64,000 nucleotides of DNA from a virus (lineage: Duplodnaviria; Caudoviricetes). The stretch covers positions 31,488 through 95,487 of the IMG/VR virus record IMGVR_UViG_3300032216_001431; one strand, given 5' to 3'. Of the stretch, positions 49,461 to 58,062 are shown one piece after another; the stretch's first letter is position 1; each line of letters opens with the position of its first letter. Position numbers and translations under genes: made by a program. A model generated the notes under the pieces. It was not told where the DNA came from, ran no database searches, and saw only the letters and a program-made list of their open reading frames with translations.

Positions 49461-51292
49461 CAGGTTTTGAGGATTTCCTAGAAGCGTTAGATGAGAACGC
49501 TTTTGAAGAGGTGCCTGTTACGATTGAAGAATTTGTTACTTCAAAAGATTATTTAAACTTGCCACCACTTTCTATAAATCAATATACGATGATTAAGGCT
49601 TCTACTCAAATATATAAAAAAGAAACTTTGATTAAGTTGTTTGGTGAGCAAGAAGGTCAAGCAAGATGGAAGCAAACTTGTAATGAAGTAATTATGCAAT
49701 TGGGTAAAGGTTCTGGTAAGGACTACACTTCTACTATTGCCTGTGCGTACATCGTTTACCTGCTCTTGTGTTTAAAAGATCCAGCACGCTATTATGGAAA
49801 GCCTCCCGGCGACAGTATAGATATTATTAATATTGCTATTAATGCTGTTCAGGCTAACAGAGTTTTCTTCAAAGGTTTCCTAACAAGAATCGACAGGTGC
49901 GCTTGGTTTCAGGGGCGGTATGTTGCAAAAGCAAACAGTATAGAGTTTGATAAAGATATTACAGTACACTCAGGTCACTCCCAGAGAGAATCATGGGAGG
50001 GTTACAACGTAATTGTAGTCATCCTTGACGAGATTTCCGGCTTTGATTTAGAATCAACTAGTGGGCATGAGCAGGCAAAAACTGCAGGCGCTATCTATCG
50101 AATGTATAGGGCTTCAGTAAATTCACGTTTCCCAGATTATGGTAAATTGATTTTGTTGTCTTTCCCACGTTATAAGAAAGATTTTATTCAACAAAGATAC
50201 GATGATGTTGTTGCTGAAAAAGAAACTGTTGTTAGGACACATAGATTTAAATTAGATCCTGACCTTCCAGATGGTTCAGAGAAAAATGAATTTAATATTG
50301 ATTGGGAAGAAGATCATATTCTTTCGTATGCTGTTCCTAAAGTTTTTGCTTTAAAAAGACCCACATGGGATGTTAACCCAACAAGAACTATTGACGATTT
50401 TGCAGTAGACTTTTATACTGATCCAGTAGATGCTCTTTCAAGATTTGCTTGTATGCCTCCAGAAGCAGTGGATGCATTTTTTAGGTCACGCGAAAAAATT
50501 GAAAGAGCCTTCAGGAATTATAATATTGCGGTTGATGAAGATGGCAGGTTTGCAGAATGGTTTCAGCCACAAGAAGATAAGTTATATTTTGTTCACGTTG
50601 ATCTTGCTCAAAAGCATGACCATTGTGCAGTGTCAATGGCGCATGTTGAGAATTGGGTAAACATTAAAATTGGTAATCAAACAAAAGAGGCTGCACCTAG
50701 TATTGTTGTTGATGCTGTAAGGTGGTGGACACCAACAAGTACTCAGACTGTTGATTTTACTGAAGTAAAAGATTATATTATTTCCCTTAAGCATAGAGGG
50801 TTTAATGTTGGAATGGTCACCTTTGACCGCTGGAATTCTTTTGACATGATGCAGCAGTTAAAGGCTTACGGAATGAATGCAGAAGTTCTTTCTGTTGCTA
50901 AAAAACATTATGAAGATATGGCTTTGGCGATTATGGAAGAAAGAGTCGATGGCCCTAATATTAAATTACTTATAGATGAATTGCTTTCTCTCAGAATTGT
51001 TAAAGATAAAATTGATCACCCAAGAAAAGGGAGTAAGGATCTTTCAGATGCTACATGTGGCGCTATTTATAATGCTGTTAGTAGAACGCCTGCGGATCTT
51101 AATCAGGAAGTTCTTATAAAAACTTATGACTATGAAGATTTAGATTTACAAAGGTGGGAGCAAGAGAAAACAGATCGTGGAGTTATTCAATTTCCCGGTC
51201 AAAAAGAAATGCCAAGTGTTCTGCAAGGATTTATGGATTCTTTTCGTGAAGATGATGGACAAGAATTCGTAGATAATTTTACAATATTATAG
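49457..51292 (+). CDS. terL: Terminase large subunit
   Basis: Walker A GKGSGKD, Walker B VILDE, nuclease HVDLA, FDRW, KD.SDA. Confidence 0.92.
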   Translation: MTGFEDFLEALDENAFEEVPVTIEEFVTSKDYLNLPPLSINQYTMIKASTQIYKKETLIKLFGEQEGQARWKQTCNEVIMQLGKGSGKDYTSTIACAYIVYLLLCLKDPARYYGKPPGDSIDIINIAINAVQANRVFFKGFLTRIDRCAWFQGRYVAKANSIEFDKDITVHSGHSQRESWEGYNVIVVILDEISGFDLESTSGHEQAKTAGAIYRMYRASVNSRFPDYGKLILLSFPRYKKDFIQQRYDDVVAEKETVVRTHRFKLDPDLPDGSEKNEFNIDWEEDHILSYAVPKVFALKRPTWDVNPTRTIDDFAVDFYTDPVDALSRFACMPPEAVDAFFRSREKIERAFRNYNIAVDEDGRFAEWFQPQEDKLYFVHVDLAQKHDHCAVSMAHVENWVNIKIGNQTKEAAPSIVVDAVRWWTPTSTQTVDFTEVKDYIISLKHRGFNVGMVTFDRWNSFDMMQQLKAYGMNAEVLSVAKKHYEDMALAIMEERVDGPNIKLLIDELLSLRIVKDKIDHPRKGSKDLSDATCGAIYNAVSRTPADLNQEVLIKTYDYEDLDLQRWEQEKTDRGVIQFPGQKEMPSVLQGFMDSFREDDGQEFVDNFTIL

Positions 51293-51295
51293 TAC

Positions 51296-51368
51296 ACGCC
51301 GGTATCCTAGCGGTTTTGGAAGCGGTCTTATATACCGTGTATCGTGAGTTCGATTCTCACCCGGCGTA
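51296..51368 (+). tRNA. tRNA-Ile, anticodon UAU
   Basis: Acceptor ACGCCGG/CCGGCGT; anticodon arm GCGGT-CTTATAT-ACCGT; T arm GTGAG-TTCGATT-CTCAC; discriminator A; no encoded CCA. Confidence 0.88.
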
Positions 51369-51370
51369 CG

Positions 51371-51490
51371 GAGTTGCGAGAGATGATTCCTTGGGATGGA
51401 TATAGTTACAGTATCCGAAATATCCACGGGAGCAGACAGGGGAGTCCTCTGATGCTGGTGTGCTGTGGAATTTTGCGCCTCTCGCAACTC
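51371..51490 (+). ncRNA. Candidate 120-nt structured RNA of unknown family
   Basis: Perfect 12-bp terminal helix, second helix, two internal hairpins and a possible pseudoknot. Confidence 0.6.
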
Positions 51491-51496
51491 TTAAGA

Positions 51497-51505
51497 TGAT
51501 AGAAT
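51497..51505 (+). promoter_or_regulatory. Extended -10 promoter TGATAGAAT, possibly driving a leaderless HNH mRNA
   Basis: 6 nt upstream of GTG 51512, no RBS. Confidence 0.5.
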
Positions 51506-51511
51506 TGTAGT

Positions 51512-52006
51512 GTGATGGTCCCTAGAAGAGCAGAACGAGTTAAATTAATAAGAGAACGTGACGGCGATCTATGTTCAGTGTGTAGAAAACCGTTTATTAA
51601 TAATTTGGACATTACAATTGAACATTGGATTCCCCGCGCTGCTGGTGGAAGCGATGAATTAGATAATCTTAAACTTTCTCATAAAAAATGTAATGTGGCT
51701 AAGGCTGATATCATTCCAAATCCTGATGGAACATTACCGGAAAAACCAAAAAAGGTTCCTTATTCTAAAAGGCAAACTGAAAAAAAAAGAATTCTTGGGG
51801 AGTTTTGTTATGACTGCCAAGGTGGAAGGAACCTTGAAGAAGGACAGACCTGTGAATTTTGTGGGGCTTTGCCGGGACCAATTGAAAATCCTAGATACCT
51901 AAAGCGTAAGTCTCCAGAATGCGATCATAATATTTTTTGGTGCTGGGCTTGTAGCATTGGTATTGTTGAAAAGAAAAGTGTAACTCAACATTTAATCATA
52001 GGATAA
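51512..52006 (+). CDS. HNH endonuclease with C-terminal Cys clusters
   Basis: RDG..CSVC, TIEHWIP...GG...NL..H..CN..K; three further CxxC pairs. Confidence 0.88.
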   Translation: MMVPRRAERVKLIRERDGDLCSVCRKPFINNLDITIEHWIPRAAGGSDELDNLKLSHKKCNVAKADIIPNPDGTLPEKPKKVPYSKRQTEKKRILGEFCYDCQGGRNLEEGQTCEFCGALPGPIENPRYLKRKSPECDHNIFWCWACSIGIVEKKSVTQHLIIG

Positions 52007-52042
52007 TGTACCTCCCCTGATTTTGTTTTAAATAAATCGGAA

Positions 52043-52051
52043 TGCTATACT
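52043..52051 (+). promoter_or_regulatory. Extended -10 promoter TGCTATACT
   Basis: Intergenic consensus-like match. Confidence 0.5.
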
Positions 52052-52078
52052 TAAGTTACAATATAATTTGGAGTTACC

Positions 52079-52915
52079 TTGACATTCTCTGCTTCATCCA
52101 TCAACAACATTACTACGCCCACTTCTGGAAGTGTTGGGCATCTAAATGATCATGGAATTATTAAAACAGTGCTGAAGGGACATGATGATATTCTTACCTC
52201 CGCTGCGTTGCTAGGTAATAGTCTTTCGGGTGATGCTACAGGATACGTTTCTGGAGCAAAAGTTGTTTTTAGTGCTTCGCCTACGCTGACTTCCCCTTTG
52301 ATAGCAAATTCTGCATTAATAAATAATCCATTGCTAGGTGCAACCGAATTTGATGGGAAAGCCCTTTCTTTTACAGTCAACAGTACTGCTTCAAGCAGGG
52401 GGCCAGTAGCAGTTAATCTTTTTACATCTAATACTGGAGCAACAACATTATTAAATGTAGCAACTGCACAAAACATATTTCCTTCCACAAATCAAACAAT
52501 AAATTTGGCTGCTAATACTACTTATGAAATGGAAATGTGGTTTTCTATCAGCACTACTGGTGCTACTTCTAATTTATTATCTTTAGGATTTGCAATTGGT
52601 GGAACTCTAACATCAATTGGGTATATGGTTCATGTTACGCAAAATGCTACTAGCGCAGTAACCATTACTGCAGCAAATAATCTATGGATTGCTACAAACA
52701 CTTCGACTGCAATTACAGCAGCAGCCGTAACCGCCACATATAGAAATGTTTTTGTAAAAGGCATTGTTCGATCTGGAACTACTGGTACTTTTATTCCACA
52801 AATTACTTATAGCGCAGCACCCGGTGCGGCTCCGGTAGTTGCACCAAATGCTTATATTAAACTTACGCCCTTGGCATCAGATACCGCATTGTCTTCAACG
52901 GCATGGCACGCATAA
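52079..52915 (+). CDS. Ser/Thr/Ala-rich putative virion protein
   Basis: VVFSASPTLTSP fibre-like motif; beta-rich C-terminus. Confidence 0.55.
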   Translation: MTFSASSINNITTPTSGSVGHLNDHGIIKTVLKGHDDILTSAALLGNSLSGDATGYVSGAKVVFSASPTLTSPLIANSALINNPLLGATEFDGKALSFTVNSTASSRGPVAVNLFTSNTGATTLLNVATAQNIFPSTNQTINLAANTTYEMEMWFSISTTGATSNLLSLGFAIGGTLTSIGYMVHVTQNATSAVTITAANNLWIATNTSTAITAAAVTATYRNVFVKGIVRSGTTGTFIPQITYSAAPGAAPVVAPNAYIKLTPLASDTALSSTAWHA

Positions 52916-53325
52916 TGAATTTTACTGGTGGGAGTTCTACAGAACCTTTTTATGTAGAATATAATGTGAGTGATTGTCAGGGCGGTTGGGCTGTTCTTAA
53001 AGATGGTACTGGTCAAGTAATTGGTTGTCATAAGACTGAAGAGGAAGCAAATAAGCATATGGAAGGTTTGACTACTCCTATGACTGATATTTTGGGTGAT
53101 GAGACTAGAGCCGCAAAGTCCCCCCAAGAAGTTGCTAAAGTTTACGAACCTAGTTCTATCTGGGATGGTGTGTTTTTTCCATCAAAGGGTGGTACAATGG
53201 GTTTAGATGCAGGATCGCAAGATCAAGATGCTAGGTTTAATTCTACATATAATACGCCGCCACAAAAAGACGGCAAGGAAAGCACTGGTTACGGAAATCG
53301 TAGTGCTGGAACTAATTCAAACTAG
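52903..53325 (+). CDS. Hypothetical protein (CxGGWAV..GCH domain plus disordered tail)
   Basis: 140 aa; SIWDGVFFP motif. Confidence 0.65.
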   Translation: MARIMNFTGGSSTEPFYVEYNVSDCQGGWAVLKDGTGQVIGCHKTEEEANKHMEGLTTPMTDILGDETRAAKSPQEVAKVYEPSSIWDGVFFPSKGGTMGLDAGSQDQDARFNSTYNTPPQKDGKESTGYGNRSAGTNSN

Positions 53326-53331
53326 GAGTTT

Positions 53332-54210
53332 ATGATGACAGGAACAACATTGGGTGGATGGCCCGGTATTAAGACAGCAAAAGAACAGAGTGTTCTTGTT
53401 TGGATTACCATTCCCGGCACCAAGAAGAAAGTTAGATTGCGTAAAGAGGTAGCCCCAGTGTTTGCTGCTTTTCTTTCAGAAGTTCATAAGCATGTAATTG
53501 ATCTTAATAAGGGTCCATTAGACGGATGGGAATATCGAGAGGCACGCACAGGAGCAGGTCTTTCTCAGCACGCCGGGGCGGTTGCGACAGATATGCGCTA
53601 TGATGTTCTTCTTGCCGATCATAGACGCCATATGACACAGACTCAGATTAATACAATGCACGCTCTATTAAATAAGTACACAACAACTAGTGGTAAGCGA
53701 GTTTTTGGCTGGGGCGGGGATTGGCAAGTTGGCAAGTTTTGTGATGAAATGCATCTAGAGGCTGTGCAATCATGGTCCCCATACAGCCAAGGTCACAATG
53801 CTACTGTAGCAGATTTCGCTAATGTGCAGAAGAAACTTCATATTAATTCTAATGGAACATTTAGTGTTGTGGGTAAGGTTGTTAATCCTGTTGTCAAGCC
53901 TGTTCCTGCTGTTGCTGTTAAAAAGCCAGCGACACCACCTGCACCTGTTCCTGTTGCAGTTAAATCAGTATCTGTAAAAGATTTTGTTTTGGGTAAGTCA
54001 AATGGTAGTGTTGTGACTGTTCAGAAGGCTCTTGCTAAAGAAAAGTATTATGGAGGTGCCATTGATGGTGTCTTTGGCCCTGCAACCCGCGCTGCATATG
54101 CTCACTGGCAGAAGTCTTTAGGTTATTCAGGCGCTCAGGCAAACGGTATTCCCGGCGTGTCTTCTCTTACCGCTTTAGGTACAAAATACAAGTTTAAAGT
54201 TGTTTCATAA
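53332..54210 (+). CDS. Endolysin: M15-like Zn peptidase, Pro/Val linker, peptidoglycan-binding domain
   Basis: SQH...A.D and DEMHLE; VQKAL..DGVFGPATRAAY..WQ..LG. Confidence 0.85.
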   Translation: MMTGTTLGGWPGIKTAKEQSVLVWITIPGTKKKVRLRKEVAPVFAAFLSEVHKHVIDLNKGPLDGWEYREARTGAGLSQHAGAVATDMRYDVLLADHRRHMTQTQINTMHALLNKYTTTSGKRVFGWGGDWQVGKFCDEMHLEAVQSWSPYSQGHNATVADFANVQKKLHINSNGTFSVVGKVVNPVVKPVPAVAVKKPATPPAPVPVAVKSVSVKDFVLGKSNGSVVTVQKALAKEKYYGGAIDGVFGPATRAAYAHWQKSLGYSGAQANGIPGVSSLTALGTKYKFKVVS

Positions 54211-54659
54211 TGGATGAATTAATTAATGAACTAAAATTATTGCAGGCAAATGTTGTTGCGATGTATGCTCAGTCACATGGGTATCATTGGAATGTTAAGG
54301 GTATGTTGTTTAAAGAGTTGCACGCATTTTTTCTAGAAATTTATGAAGATGTGTATGGTTCCCTCGATCCTATTTCTGAGAATATTAGAAAACTTGGTGG
54401 GGATGCTCCGTTTGGTCTTAGCACATGGTCTAATAATGCTACGTTTGAGGTTAATGAAGATCCTAATCTTTCTCCCGTTCAGATGCTTGGCGAATTGATC
54501 GTTGTTAATTCAATTCTTTTAACTCAGTTGAAGAAAGTTTTTGTTCTTGCTAACACTCAGAATGAGCAGGGTGTTGCTAATTTTATTGCAGAGCGTATTG
54601 ATCAGCATCAGTTCTGGAATTGGCAGTTGACTGCTACTTTAAGACCTACATTAGCCTAA
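54210..54659 (+). CDS. dps: Dps/ferritin-like DNA-protecting protein
   Basis: HGYHWNVKG..F.ELH.F..IYE...D.I.E.IR.LG; H..W.W.L. Confidence 0.92.
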   Translation: MDELINELKLLQANVVAMYAQSHGYHWNVKGMLFKELHAFFLEIYEDVYGSLDPISENIRKLGGDAPFGLSTWSNNATFEVNEDPNLSPVQMLGELIVVNSILLTQLKKVFVLANTQNEQGVANFIAERIDQHQFWNWQLTATLRPTLA

Positions 54660-54664
54660 AAGGG

Positions 54665-54693
54665 TTGACTTATAATAGTAAATGGAGTATTCT
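54665..54693 (+). promoter_or_regulatory. Sigma70/SigA-type promoter TTGACT-N17-TATTCT
   Basis: 17-nt spacing; predicted +1 near ATG 54700 (leaderless). Confidence 0.6.
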
Positions 54694-54699
54694 GGATGA

Positions 54700-55194
54700 A
54701 TGACTCCACTTATGCGAGTTATTACTCCCGTCGTTGCCCTTCTTACGGCAATTGCCGTACAGGTACCAATGGCCCAGAGTAGTAATGCAAGTAATGTAGT
54801 AGTATCGGCTGGCAGTTCCGTTAAAACTGTTAAAACAACACCAACAATCAAAATGATTAGACCGCTTGGACCCATTAAGGGTATCAAGCCTTCTGCATGG
54901 ACGGGTAAATATTATTACCCTAAATGGGAATTGGTTCGCAAATGCATTGTAAAAAGGGAAAGTGAAGGTCAATATAATGTTGTCAGTCACATTTCGTCCA
55001 GTGCTGGTGCTTATCAGTTTATCAAATTTTGGAGGCCCATTTTGGCTAAAAAATTAGGTAAGTCACATTTGGCTTACATTCCAATTAATCATTGGAGCCG
55101 CGTTGATCAAGATCACGCTTTTTGGATTGTATGGAATAATGGAAAGGGAAGAAGCAATTGGGGACCAGCAGGTGCCCGATATAACTGCTTCTAA
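54700..55194 (+). CDS. Secreted lysozyme-fold transglycosylase (Rpf-like)
   Basis: Signal peptide; C...RES.G.Y...AGAYQF...Q...W. Confidence 0.8.
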   Translation: MTPLMRVITPVVALLTAIAVQVPMAQSSNASNVVVSAGSSVKTVKTTPTIKMIRPLGPIKGIKPSAWTGKYYYPKWELVRKCIVKRESEGQYNVVSHISSSAGAYQFIKFWRPILAKKLGKSHLAYIPINHWSRVDQDHAFWIVWNNGKGRSNWGPAGARYNCF

Positions 55195-55196
55195 AA

Positions 55197-55227
55197 AAGG
55201 TGGGGGAGAGATCCCCCACCTTCTATT
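55197..55227 (+). terminator. Intrinsic terminator, possibly bidirectional
   Basis: AAGGTGGGGGA-GAGA-TCCCCCACCTT, A-run before and T-rich after. Confidence 0.75.
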
Positions 55228-55241
55228 GAAATAGGAGAATT

Positions 55242-55583
55242 ATGTACGAGTATAAAGCAACAGTAGAAAAGATTATTGATGGTGACACGATTGATGTCAT
55301 GATTGATTTAGGTTTTTATGTTTATAAGGTAGAGCGAGTTCGTTTAGCAAGAATTAATTGTCCAGAACTTTCGACTCCCGAAGGACAGGTTTCTAAGCAA
55401 TTTGTTATTGATTATCTGGCACAGAAACAGGTAACCATTAAGACACAAAAGAATATTTATGATAAATATGGTCGTTGGATTGCTGATGTTTTTGTTGCTG
55501 ATCAATGTCTTAATGACATTCTTCTAGAAAAGAATCTTGCTGTTCATTGGCCTGCTAAGGTGGCAACGGGAGGGCTTTCCTAA
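55242..55583 (+). CDS. Thermonuclease (SNase-like)
   Basis: IIDGDTIDV, RL..I.CPE, DKYGR..A. Confidence 0.9.
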   Translation: MYEYKATVEKIIDGDTIDVMIDLGFYVYKVERVRLARINCPELSTPEGQVSKQFVIDYLAQKQVTIKTQKNIYDKYGRWIADVFVADQCLNDILLEKNLAVHWPAKVATGGLS

Positions 55584-56719
55584 TGCGCGTTGGAATGCTT
55601 AGTGCAGACTGGGGGGATTATGCTACTAGTAGTCCCGGCGGTTGTACATGGATTAGGTTTTTTGGTCCTGCAGAGAAGATGGTAGAAAAAGGTTGGGAAG
55701 TTTTCATTGGAGAATTTGGCTGGGATGACAAGGAAGGTTTTACAGTTGTTCCAACTCAATCAAGGATGATGAGCCATGATAGAGGGTTAATTAAAAATGA
55801 TCCGCAGGCCGTTGGGGGTTTAGATGTTGTTATTTTTAAATTGTGGATGTGGCATGAAGCCAACGAGTATATTGAAAAGGCTAAGAAACTTGGTCAAACT
55901 GTAATCATTGATATTGATGATTGGTTTCATGGTCTTCCTACAACAAACATTGCTTTCCATACCACTCATCCAGATAAGGATGCAAAATGGAATAGAAATC
56001 ACATGCTTGGAACTTATCGCAATGTTACTGGATTAATTACAAGCACTAAGTTTCTTTATGATTATTATTCAAAGTCTAATCCGAATTGTGAATTGGTTAG
56101 AAATTCTCTTAATCCTAAGTATTTTGTTAAAAGGTATGATGCTGCTCGTAATCATCCAACTGTTGGTTGGGTTGGCATTATGATCTGGCGTTCGGGTGAT
56201 ATTGAAACTTTGAAGGGTTGGCTTGGGCCGACACTTGATAAGTATGATTTGCGTTTTCATCATGCTGGTATAGACCCAAACAAGCCACATGAGTTCGCAG
56301 AGATTGCGGGAGTTAATCCAGATAGACTTAGTGGCACTACAGGAGCGTCCCCACAGCAGTATGGAAACATTCTTTTACCAATGGACATTGCTTTAGTTCC
56401 TCTAAATACCTTGCCCTTTAACGAGGCTAAGAGTAATCTTAAAGGACTAGAGTATGCTTTCAGTGGCATCCCGTTTGTAGCAGCGGATACTTATGAGTAC
56501 AGATTGCTTTCTGAGCAGGGTGCTGGCAATGTCGCTTCCCGACCCAAGGACTGGATGAAGGCTATTCAGAAACTAATTGATCCAGACGAAAGAAAGCGTC
56601 AGGCTGATAGAGGGTATAATACTGTTATGGAACATTATAATCTTGAGACTAGGGTTGATACTTGGATGACTGCGATTGAAAAGATTCATTCTACTAATCC
56701 AAAGAGGCGCAATGGCTGA
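55583..56719 (+). CDS. GT-B (GT4-like) glycosyltransferase
   Basis: DIDD, VGWVG, DIALVPL..FNEAKSNLK.LEY...GIP. Confidence 0.85.
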   Translation: MRVGMLSADWGDYATSSPGGCTWIRFFGPAEKMVEKGWEVFIGEFGWDDKEGFTVVPTQSRMMSHDRGLIKNDPQAVGGLDVVIFKLWMWHEANEYIEKAKKLGQTVIIDIDDWFHGLPTTNIAFHTTHPDKDAKWNRNHMLGTYRNVTGLITSTKFLYDYYSKSNPNCELVRNSLNPKYFVKRYDAARNHPTVGWVGIMIWRSGDIETLKGWLGPTLDKYDLRFHHAGIDPNKPHEFAEIAGVNPDRLSGTTGASPQQYGNILLPMDIALVPLNTLPFNEAKSNLKGLEYAFSGIPFVAADTYEYRLLSEQGAGNVASRPKDWMKAIQKLIDPDERKRQADRGYNTVMEHYNLETRVDTWMTAIEKIHSTNPKRRNG

Positions 56720-57005
56720 TTTCTTTTATAAATTAGGATATTATTCTGTTTATGTTGCTAATGTGTTAGCATATGTTCTTGGGACAGCAGGTGTCGTTTA
56801 CTATATTTATAATAAGGAATTGCCCTTTCTCCCTTTTATTTTTTTAATGGTTTATTCTATCTGGAAGAAAACATTTATTATTTATCAAAATAGTCAAGTT
56901 AATAATATGAATAATGTGATCACAGCAACTATCGATACAAATCAGTTAGAAGATGTTATTAATTCTATTAATTATAAAAATATGTATTTAGGTGGACCAA
57001 ATTAA
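56712..57005 (+). CDS. Two-helix membrane protein
   Basis: Two hydrophobic segments; GAGG RBS before ATG 56712. Confidence 0.65.
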   Translation: MADFFYKLGYYSVYVANVLAYVLGTAGVVYYIYNKELPFLPFIFLMVYSIWKKTFIIYQNSQVNNMNNVITATIDTNQLEDVINSINYKNMYLGGPN

Positions 57006-57518
57006 ATGACTTGTATCGTGGCTTTGGAAGATAATGGAAAAATTTACATGGGGGCTGATTCAGCAGCCGTGGATGGGGAAGCAATTTCATTAAGAAAAGA
57101 GCCAAAGATATTTAAGTGTGGTGATTTTTTGATTGGTTTTTCTCATAGTTTTAGGTATGGTCAAATAGTTGAACATTGTTTTAAGCCTCCTAAAGTTACG
57201 GAAAAAAATATTGTTAAGTATATGGTCACTAAATTTGTACCGGAATTAAGAATAACTCTCGCTATGAATGATTTTGAAGAAAAAGAATCTTGTATGATTA
57301 TTGGGTATAATGGTAAAATCTTTTATGTGGAGAGTGATTGGAATGTTGGTTATGATGAAACAAACTATCATTCGATAGGTTCTGGGGCACCAGCGGCCTT
57401 TGGATCGCTATACTCTACAAAAGGTCAACACCCAATGGACCGTGTAAGAATTGCTTTAGAAGCAGCACAAGAGTTTACAACAAGTGTCCGTGGTCCATTT
57501 AACTATTTAGATATTTAA
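57006..57518 (+). CDS. Ntn-hydrolase, HslV/proteasome-beta-like peptidase
   Basis: N-terminal MTCIVAL, GADS, K, IGSG..A.G. Confidence 0.75.
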   Translation: MTCIVALEDNGKIYMGADSAAVDGEAISLRKEPKIFKCGDFLIGFSHSFRYGQIVEHCFKPPKVTEKNIVKYMVTKFVPELRITLAMNDFEEKESCMIIGYNGKIFYVESDWNVGYDETNYHSIGSGAPAAFGSLYSTKGQHPMDRVRIALEAAQEFTTSVRGPFNYLDI

Positions 57519-57698
57519 ATGAACGATAAACTTGATTTATCAGGAATAATTACGCATGAATGTATTTGTGGCTCAAACATGTGGAATCTTGTAGTTTCTT
57601 TTGAGGATTATGAGATATCAGCATATCTTTTAGAAATGGAATGCACCTTTTGCGGTACAATTGCTACCGCCCCAACACCATTAGATAGGGAATATTAA
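57519..57698 (+). CDS. 59-aa Zn-ribbon protein not in the ORF track
   Basis: HECICGS...ECTFCG..ATAPTP.D. Confidence 0.7.
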   Translation: MNDKLDLSGIITHECICGSNMWNLVVSFEDYEISAYLLEMECTFCGTIATAPTPLDREY

Positions 57699-57880
57699 TG
57701 TCAAGCGATATTGAAGATTTGAAAAGAAACTTTACTGCAGCATCAAACGAATTGAAGAAGTGTGTCGGCAATAAGCCGGGGATGAATGCAGAAATGAAAT
57801 ACGGTCAAGCATACATGGCCTTGGTTAAGGCTGGAGTTGCACCTAAGTTGAAGAAGAAGTATCGTGGCGGTCTAAAGTGA
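57698..57880 (+). CDS. Small basic hypothetical protein
   Basis: Coupled ORF; E.KYGQAY..LVKAG..P.LKKKYR. Confidence 0.65.
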   Translation: MSSDIEDLKRNFTAASNELKKCVGNKPGMNAEMKYGQAYMALVKAGVAPKLKKKYRGGLK

Positions 57881-58062
57881 ATATTGATGATCTGTATGAA
57901 AGAATAACTCAAGAGGTAACTGAAAAATTTCATGATAAATATATTTCAACGGGTCATCGATATAATGATGAAACAATGCATATTGCAGAAGAGTACGTTC
58001 GATTTATTATTGATGAATTTACATCAGCCTTTTGGGATGAAAGAGAGATTATAGATGAATAA
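57877..58062 (+). CDS. Hypothetical protein
   Basis: Coupled 61 aa ORF. Confidence 0.55.
   Translation: MNIDDLYERITQEVTEKFHDKYISTGHRYNDETMHIAEEYVRFIIDEFTSAFWDEREIIDE

Noticed and set aside
23498-51292. Inteins or introns in DnaB, DnaE, RecA or TerL
   Set aside because: Lengths are ordinary, motifs are contiguous and no splice-junction motifs were seen
51369-51490. Theta/HDV-like or hammerhead ribozyme after the tRNA
   Set aside because: No P3/L3 or catalytic C in the J4/2-equivalent strand; CTGATGC deviates from CUGANGA and stems I/III do not form; kept as an unknown RNA
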